Assembly (NCBI GenBank): GCA_031385045.1
Contig: JANNBC010000030.1
Span: 1 to 13,287, forward strand
Length of the DNA: 13,287 nt
Direction of reading: 5' to 3'
Source of the DNA: a bacterium
GTDB taxonomy: Bacteria > Bdellovibrionota_C > UBA2361 > CALJRW01
Shown: positions 7,498 through 13,287 of the stretch, in pieces
Layout: every line of letters starts with the position of its first letter
Position numbering within the stretch: the first letter of the stretch is position 1
Program-made: the position numbers and the translations under genes
The notes under the pieces: model-generated
Told to the model about the DNA's origin: nothing
Seen by the model: only the letters and a program-made list of their open reading frames with translations
Database searches by the model: none

Positions 7498-8019
7498 ATG
7501 AATGATAAAGCTTTTACAATGGTAGAACTTTTGGTGACAGCATCTGTCATCTCGATTCTTGCTGCTTTATCAATTGCGCAATTTGAAGAGTATCGTGGTC
7601 AATCATATGACTCTAGGGCTTACCTTCAGATGAAGAATGCACATACCGCTGTCGTAGCTCATTTTATTGATCATCCTGATGTAAATTTTGAAAGTAAGGG
7701 TATTTCCATCGCGCCAAGTGGCCGAAATCAGGGATCTGGAACTATCGAGGAAATACTACCTGGTTTTGTGCATGATGCAGATGCTAAAGTAGCTGTACTT
7801 GTTATTATTCGTGGTAATCAAGCCCCATGGTATGTGCAGCGTGGCGGTTCTTTTGATATTGGTGTCGCAACATGCAAAGGTAAAACATTTGGAACCTCAG
7901 GTGCTTTAACTCTGAAAAGAAGATGGGTTTATTGGTCATTGCCTGTTTTTGATATGGAAAGCGAGTACTCCTTTTCGGAAGCTTTAAATTGTAACTCCGA
8001 CGAATTTTTTATCCCATAA
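7498..8019 (+). CDS. Type IV pilin-like protein (prepilin N-terminal cleavage/methylation domain)
   Basis: Class III signal MNDKA|FTMVELL with Glu5. The hydrophobic helix followed by QFEEYRGQSYDSRA...KNA resembles deltaproteobacterial PilA. Two C-terminal Cys could form the D-region disulfide. Confidence 0.88.
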   Translation: MNDKAFTMVELLVTASVISILAALSIAQFEEYRGQSYDSRAYLQMKNAHTAVVAHFIDHPDVNFESKGISIAPSGRNQGSGTIEEILPGFVHDADAKVAVLVIIRGNQAPWYVQRGGSFDIGVATCKGKTFGTSGALTLKRRWVYWSLPVFDMESEYSFSEALNCNSDEFFIP

Positions 8020-8200
8020 ACTATCCATCGAATATTCTATGTAATGATTATTAGTTTAATCATAGACCAATAATAGTGTAATTAAATCTAAAATTGGAGA
8101 CAGGTTCATTTTAACAGCAATTATTTCTAATGCATATCAAAACTTTTTATTCCTAGCCTAAGCCTGCCGAGCAAATTAATTTTGATTCAGTATCAACTAT

Positions 8201-8857
8201 TTAATTATGATATTGCCCGTACATATTATCATTAAAAGTAACACCATGGACTTGGCCAATACCTTCAAACCATGTCCAATGCATGTGGTCGAAGAAAGCA
8301 TTGTTATTCCAAGCAGACTTAAGACCTAGAAGTTCTAGAGCAATAGCATTTCCTCTTTGGCTTCCAAGATTAGTCGTCCAATAGGTTCTAACATCTCCAG
8401 TAACACAAGAGAGGTTTTCTCCCATTGTGTCAGTATCTCCTGTGCGATAACCACCACAAGCTCTTGAACCAAATCTGGCATAACCACCTGCTGTTTTGTA
8501 GGCTATTGGTAGCGGAGAGTAGCAAGAGTGACTTAGTTCTGCATAAGGTGGATTGTCCTGTGTGTAAAACCAATTGCAATCTTCTTGGAAAGTTCCCCAA
8601 GACCTGAGGCTTCCAACATTTATCATATCGCTATTGCCTAGCATGTAACCGGCAAAAACAATCGGTAATTTAGCCCTCGTAAAGTGCCCACCATCTGTTG
8701 GCCATTTTCGCCCAGCTTGCAAAAGTCCGTAATAATCAATACCAACTTGAATCATGTATTTAAGCAATTTTTCCTTATCAGACAGAGGGTCATTCATCTG
8801 AAGTCTTAAAACTACTTCCCCATAGCCACCAGTGATATCAGTGCCGTCGCAGTAGCA
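8201..8857 (-). pseudogene. Orphan coding segment (218 sense codons; ORF track starts at ATG 8797), in frame with the upstream giant gene
   Basis: The frame is open from 8857 (CYCDGTDITGGYGEVVLRLQ-MNDPL...) to TAA 8201. No clear SD or signal peptide at ATG 8797. Looks like the C-terminal part of a helical extracellular domain (QVGIDYYG, W-x-x-DGGH, KLPIVFAG, FQED, AWN-x-x-AFFD). It could instead be an independent CDS. Confidence 0.55.
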
Positions 8858-11800
8858 CTACCCTTTATATCCCTGTTGTGTCTCACAGCCAGCTGGCGGG
8901 TTTCTCCATCCAGAACATGAGAGTTCGACATATGGTGGTCTTGTGTGACCAGCTGCTAGTGCATCTTCTATGTAATCATAACGATGATAGTTTGTGTGAG
9001 GAATTTTCGGAGTACATTGCCATCCCGCATTATAAATACAAGTCTGAGTAATTACGTTCTGGTCCTGGCCAATAACAATCACTGGGCCTTTATTTGAATT
9101 GTCGATTGGATTGTTAACCGGGATAGAAAGTTCAGAGTTCACGTTGATAAGCCACACGGGTGTTTGAACAGCAGCTTCTGATTGGTAATATGTCTCTGCT
9201 CCGATCTGGTTTCCACAAGGAGCACCTCCTGCTACAACTGAACCAATGTATCTGTTCTTGTCGTTAGTGATACGGGCATATGTATCAGCTTTAAATGCGG
9301 GCTCACAAAAGGTTGATAGGTTCTGGAACACGATTCCGTCCCACCACGTATCTCCCACGATCATGTTCCCGTGGTCACTGTTTTTGATTATTGAGTCCTG
9401 GATAACGAACCATTCGGGTTTACCATTGATAGGTGGTTGGTATCCATGATAGGACTGTAACGTATCGGTATGAGGAAGCGCACCCCATGATTGAATGTCA
9501 TTATCTACTCCCGCAGCTGTAGTTCCCCCTACGGCATTAATGGTAGCAAACGCATTCTTGATCGTCACATTCTTCAGTAAAAGATTCTTAGCAGGACTCT
9601 CGTCACTGTTGTCAGCTCTGAAGAGGTCCTCATTCTCTGAAGCGTCACACTTTGCTCTTTCTGTGGCATTAGTTATGTATTGGGATCTCTGAAGACAGCT
9701 TCCCATAGGTTGTCCACTATATCCATCAATCATCAGGTTGTGGTATAGACGGTCAAGATGTCCAAGTACACCAGTCCCCGTCGTAAAATTATTTGCACCG
9801 AGGTTTCCATTATTCTGAAGAGCATAACCAAAAGTATATCCACCAAACGTAGAAGAATTGGTACCTTCAACGCTACAAAATTCAGCGCTAGACCAAGCGG
9901 TAAAAGTTCCATTGTTACAGGTTCTTGAGATTTGCTGAGCTACGCAGACCTGCCCCGCAGGAACAGAGCTAGCTACAAAACCACTCTTTGTTTCTGTTTG
10001 TCCGTTCAGCACAGAACCACAAGCGCCCGGAATCGGCGTTGGTGTAGGCGTTGGAGTAGGCGTTGGAGGTATCGGAGGAGTGAAGGAAGAATAAATGTTC
10101 TGAATCTGAGTTGAGCTTAGAGCAACGTCATAAATTCTAACTTCGTCTAGTAGTCCAGTTAAGTTTTCATTAACTGTACTACCAGAGGTATTTTCGCCAC
10201 CGCCAAAAGTTATAGGATTAGCATCAACAACAATACGTGCCCCAGTGCCGCTGGCAACAGCTACACCATTAACATAAATTTTTGTCTCAGTTGCATTTGA
10301 GGCTACAGCAACATGGTACCATTTGCCTGTTTGAACAGAGTTTTGGGGAGAATATAAAATGAGGCTACTATTGACGCGATTAAATGTTGAGAAAATAACC
10401 TGCCCCGAGCTGTTGAGCCCTAAGAAGTAGGAGTCTGATCCATCGATGCCATATTGTCGTCCGATTATAGCTGCTTCACCAACAATATTGAGTGCAATAT
10501 TGAGTGGGTTAACATATACCCAGCTTGCCAGAGTAATCTGATCATTGGCAGTTAATGCGGGACTAGTAAATCTTGCGAAACTATTTCCGTTAAAGGAAGC
10601 GGAAGTATTATTCAGAACGCTGGCAAAAGTAACAGCCTGGTTCTCAGGCGCACTATGTTTTCCAGTTAGATCGGTTAGCGTTGAATCATTAAAGCTCCAG
10701 TGTCCAATTAGTCCTGCAATTTGTACCGGTGGTGTCACTGTTGGAGTTGGAGTAGCTGTCGGTGTCGGAGTTGCCGTCGGGGTAGGAGTTGGTGTCGGTG
10801 TCGCAGTTGGAGTAGGGGTTGGATTAGTTGTAGAATTTCCATATAAGCACGTGCCGGGATCGCAAAGGTTCTTAGTTGCATCATCAAGCACAAGCACCCA
10901 ATCATTACTTCCACTACCTGAGTAGCTTCCAGGTGGAGTAAATGTTTTTACTCCAGTATTTGCAACACTGCTAGCTGATTGAGTACTACCATCACGAGGG
11001 TTGTACCATAGGACCTTTACAGTAGTGCCAGAAATTTTACCCATATTTACATCAATCGGACGTGCTGTTGAGGTATATACAAAAAGATATCCATCGCCTC
11101 TCATGGCTTGCAAATGATCGGCTGGGATCGTTCCGTTGATTTTTGCAGTAGGCACAATTGTTTGGTCCGGTACCCTAGTTAAAAATGGTCGTGATTTAAG
11201 CAAATTGCCTAAGAATTGCATTTGCCCTGCTCCCGGAGCATTCAGAGGAGAACTTGCACCACCAACATTCCAAGCTGGAATAGTAAAAGGGAAACTTTCA
11301 TTCGGATTTGCCATAGACTCTACGGAGATATGTCCATAGGTCACACCTAAAGCTCCAGCAAATGCTGACCAGTAGGCTTTCCTTCGAATTACTTCAGGGC
11401 CGATTTTTGGACTTGTTGATATATTCACACCAGGTTCATATAAATTATCCACAGTGCCTTCATATGCCTGCTCACCATCGACAATAGGTTTGGAAGGCGA
11501 GGCATTATAATCATTTATAGTTAAATCGTAGGTTTCTAGTTTATTCCATTTCGTTGCATCAGACATATGACCAGACTGGAGCATATTAAAATCGAGCCAA
11601 GCATAGTTATGAAATGCATATGAGGATGTTCGTGGAACTCCTGGATGGATTGTTATTAATTGATTTCCTTGAGTTACGTCTCGTATACCACGCCCGACTG
11701 CGTCAAAGAGTGCGGTTTGAGTACTGGAAATATTTTGTGAATAGCCGTTAACAGAATCATATTCCCCGGAAACCGTCCAAATAATATTTTCTTTAGCTTT

Positions 11801-13287
11801 GTAGCGATTGGCAATCCAGGCACCAAAGTTATATGCCTTTTGAGCATTGCCTCCGAAGCGTGTATATCCACCTAAAAAGCTACCATTTTTATAAATCGAG
11901 CCCCACATGGTGAAGAGATCAACATATATGTTGCGGATTTTTGCCTGGTCTATGATGTAATCTATATGTTGCCAGTATGATTCGTTGGGCTGAGCCGGAT
12001 CTTCATTTACGAACGGACGCTGTCCAGCATAATTTGGAGCACCGTAGGTATCAGCATCAATTTGGATTACATTAAAATTCTTCAGTTTTCTATTATCAAG
12101 ATAGAAGTTCACATTGGTAGGATTCTGCAGAGCTAATGACCAGGCGGTATCAGCTATCCAAATAAATGGAGTACCATCTTGTTTGGCAAGCGAGTGACCA
12201 TTTACTACGTGTAGTTTCCAGACATCTACGATACCTAGAGTAGGAGTAGGATTTGGAGTAGAGGTCGGAGTAGGTGTGGGAGTTGGTGTAGAGGTTGGAG
12301 GAGTAATCAAATTATAGATAGTTTGAACTTCAGTCGCAGTTAAGGCATTGGCATAAATCCTTACATCCTCAAGTAAACCAGTAAAGGATTCGTTAATTGT
12401 GCTACCAGCTCCATTTTCTCCACCACCAAGAGTGACTGGGTTTGTGTCGGTCAGGATATGACCTGCAATGCCACTAGCGACGTCAACTCCGTTGAGATAA
12501 ATTTTTGATCCATTTGAGTTTGATGTAGCAGTAATATGATACCAACGACCTGCTTGCACAGAGTTTATAGGACTGGATAAAACAAGTGTGCTGTTGACTC
12601 CATTATGAGTAGAAAAAACAACCTGACCAGAACTATTAAGAGCTAAGACATAGGAATCAGAATATCCACTTCCATATTGCCTCGCGATTAATGCTGCTTC
12701 TCCCGAGGTATTGACTTGGTTAACATAGACCCAAGTTGCTAGAGTAATTTGATCTGTTGTAATGGATGGGGAAGTTGCAAATCGGGCAAAGCTCGATCCA
12801 TTAAATGAGGCATTTCGGCCATCAAAGCTATTAACAAAAGTGATTCCCTGATTTTCTATTCCAGTGTGTAGTCCTGTTAGATCGGTAAGAGTTGCATCAT
12901 TAAAACTCCAGTGTCCAATTAGTCCTGTATTTTGAACTGGTGGGGTAGGAGTTGGATTTGGAGTAACAGTCGGCGTTGGTGTAGCAGTTGGTGTCGGAGT
13001 CGCCGTTGGTGTGGCAGTTGGAACAGGAGTTGGAGTTGCCGTCGGCACAGGAGTAGGTATCGCAATCGCAATTGGCGTTGAAATATTAGTAACTTTATTA
13101 CTTCCACTTAAAGTATATGTACCAAGATTATTTAACTGGGTCACTACTGCTTGAGTTGTATTAAAAGCATAGTTAGTAGCAATCTGAAATGTTGTACCAG
13201 CAGGATTTTTGATACTAAGGGAATATGTACGCTTCAGAACATTGACCTCTAATGTTATCGTATAAGTTTTACCTGCAAGATAATTAA
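8858..13287 (-). CDS. Giant modular extracellular glycoside hydrolase/adhesin (LamG, DUF4038/GH140-like, collagen-binding-like, LamG, Cys module, beta-helix-like); 5' end outside the window
   Basis: The frame stays open beyond GTG 13144 to the window edge (NYLAGKTYTITLEVNV...YAFNTTQAVVTQ). Domains are separated by four PT linkers. LamG motifs (GHWSFN, WYH, IYxNG, DxVRIY). DUF4038 motifs (DGTPFIWIADTAW, FNVIQ, HIDYII, WLDFNMLQSGH, KPIVDGEQAYE, GVTYG). Collagen_bind_2-like WYNPRDG...DWVLVL. Confidence 0.92.
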   Translation of the reverse strand, partial: NYLAGKTYTITLEVNVLKRTYSLSIKNPAGTTFQIATNYAFNTTQAVVTQLNNLGTYTLSGSNKVTNISTPIAIAIPTPVPTATPTPVPTATPTATPTPTATPTPTVTPNPTPTPPVQNTGLIGHWSFNDATLTDLTGLHTGIENQGITFVNSFDGRNASFNGSSFARFATSPSITTDQITLATWVYVNQVNTSGEAALIARQYGSGYSDSYVLALNSSGQVVFSTHNGVNSTLVLSSPINSVQAGRWYHITATSNSNGSKIYLNGVDVASGIAGHILTDTNPVTLGGGENGAGSTINESFTGLLEDVRIYANALTATEVQTIYNLITPPTSTPTPTPTPTSTPNPTPTLGIVDVWKLHVVNGHSLAKQDGTPFIWIADTAWSLALQNPTNVNFYLDNRKLKNFNVIQIDADTYGAPNYAGQRPFVNEDPAQPNESYWQHIDYIIDQAKIRNIYVDLFTMWGSIYKNGSFLGGYTRFGGNAQKAYNFGAWIANRYKAKENIIWTVSGEYDSVNGYSQNISSTQTALFDAVGRGIRDVTQGNQLITIHPGVPRTSSYAFHNYAWLDFNMLQSGHMSDATKWNKLETYDLTINDYNASPSKPIVDGEQAYEGTVDNLYEPGVNISTSPKIGPEVIRRKAYWSAFAGALGVTYGHISVESMANPNESFPFTIPAWNVGGASSPLNAPGAGQMQFLGNLLKSRPFLTRVPDQTIVPTAKINGTIPADHLQAMRGDGYLFVYTSTARPIDVNMGKISGTTVKVLWYNPRDGSTQSASSVANTGVKTFTPPGSYSGSGSNDWVLVLDDATKNLCDPGTCLYGNSTTNPTPTPTATPTPTPTPTATPTPTATPTPTVTPPVQIAGLIGHWSFNDSTLTDLTGKHSAPENQAVTFASVLNNTSASFNGNSFARFTSPALTANDQITLASWVYVNPLNIALNIVGEAAIIGRQYGIDGSDSYFLGLNSSGQVIFSTFNRVNSSLILYSPQNSVQTGKWYHVAVASNATETKIYVNGVAVASGTGARIVVDANPITFGGGENTSGSTVNENLTGLLDEVRIYDVALSSTQIQNIYSSFTPPIPPTPTPTPTPTPIPGACGSVLNGQTETKSGFVASSVPAGQVCVAQQISRTCNNGTFTAWSSAEFCSVEGTNSSTFGGYTFGYALQNNGNLGANNFTTGTGVLGHLDRLYHNLMIDGYSGQPMGSCLQRSQYITNATERAKCDASENEDLFRADNSDESPAKNLLLKNVTIKNAFATINAVGGTTAAGVDNDIQSWGALPHTDTLQSYHGYQPPINGKPEWFVIQDSIIKNSDHGNMIVGDTWWDGIVFQNLSTFCEPAFKADTYARITNDKNRYIGSVVAGGAPCGNQIGAETYYQSEAAVQTPVWLINVNSELSIPVNNPIDNSNKGPVIVIGQDQNVITQTCIYNAGWQCTPKIPHTNYHRYDYIEDALAAGHTRPPYVELSCSGWRNPPAGCETQQGYKG
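10031..10081 (-). repeat. Pro/Thr linker 4
   Basis: TPPIPPTPTPTPTPTPIP. Confidence 0.9.
10089..10714 (-). repeat. LamG-like domain, copy 2
   Basis: GLIGHWSFND-x-TLTDLTG ... GGGEN ... TGLL-x-x-VRIY, colinear with copy 1. Confidence 0.9.
10727..10829 (-). repeat. Pro/Thr linker 3
   Basis: TNPTPTPTATPTPTPTPTATPTPTATPTPTVTPP. Confidence 0.95.
12239..12305 (-). repeat. Pro/Thr linker 2
   Basis: TPPTSTPTPTPTPTSTPNPTPT. Confidence 0.95.
12314..12925 (-). repeat. LamG-like domain, copy 1
   Basis: Clearly paralogous to copy 2. An exact 22-bp match CTCCAGTGTCCAATTAGTCCTG occurs at 12906-12927 and 10695-10716. Confidence 0.9.
12938..13057 (-). repeat. Pro/Thr linker 1
   Basis: PTPVPTATPTP... low-complexity coding repeat. 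Confidence 0.95.

Noticed and set aside
6970..8860. Genome-wide TAG reassignment, since both TAG stops in credible reading frames (6970, 8858) are followed by in-frame coding sequence
   Set aside because: The 784-aa, 383-aa and 1428-aa ORFs contain no internal TAG. The IS orfB is independently broken, and its TAG is one substitution from CAG or AAG.
10089..12927. Diversity-generating retroelement TR/VR pair in the duplicated LamG domains
   Set aside because: Differences are not confined to adenines, both copies are coding, and no reverse transcriptase is present in the window.
10031..13057. CRISPR array or non-coding tandem repeats
   Set aside because: The repeats are degenerate Pro/Thr codons inside an ORF, with no fixed repeat-spacer period.
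8425..13107. Short ORFs at 8425, 9246, 9495, 9932, 10545, 11136, 11674 and 12919
   Set aside because: Antisense or alternate-frame shadows of the giant gene and its orphan segment. The GV-rich and RRW/LLH patterns simply mirror the PT codons.

Overview
AT-rich bacterial accessory region, probably from an uncultured Deltaproteobacteria/Bdellovibrionota-like lineage (inferred from the pilin type only). From left to right it holds: the 5' end of a membrane-anchored protein gene (cut by the window edge); a small secreted Cys-containing protein with a terminator-like hairpin; a hypothetical protein with a papain/NlpC-P60-like Cys-His core; a 61-aa ORF; a 784-aa ATP-grasp ligase with a TPR-like helical tail; a GT87/DUF2029-like membrane glycosyltransferase; a decayed IS3-family (IS407-like) element; an aromatic-rich type IV pilin; and a giant Pro/Thr-linked modular surface glycoside hydrolase (LamG - DUF4038/GH140-like - collagen-binding-like - LamG - Cys module - beta-helix-like) that runs off the right edge. 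The best candidates for something new are two. (1) The ATP-grasp/TPR ligase + small protein + cysteine-peptidase trio may be a peptide-tagging (writer/substrate/eraser) system. (2) The giant gene's hairpin-embedded TAG stop is followed in frame by a further 218 sense codons, which suggests C-terminal module displacement or readthrough. All family assignments come from motif recognition by eye. No searches were run.
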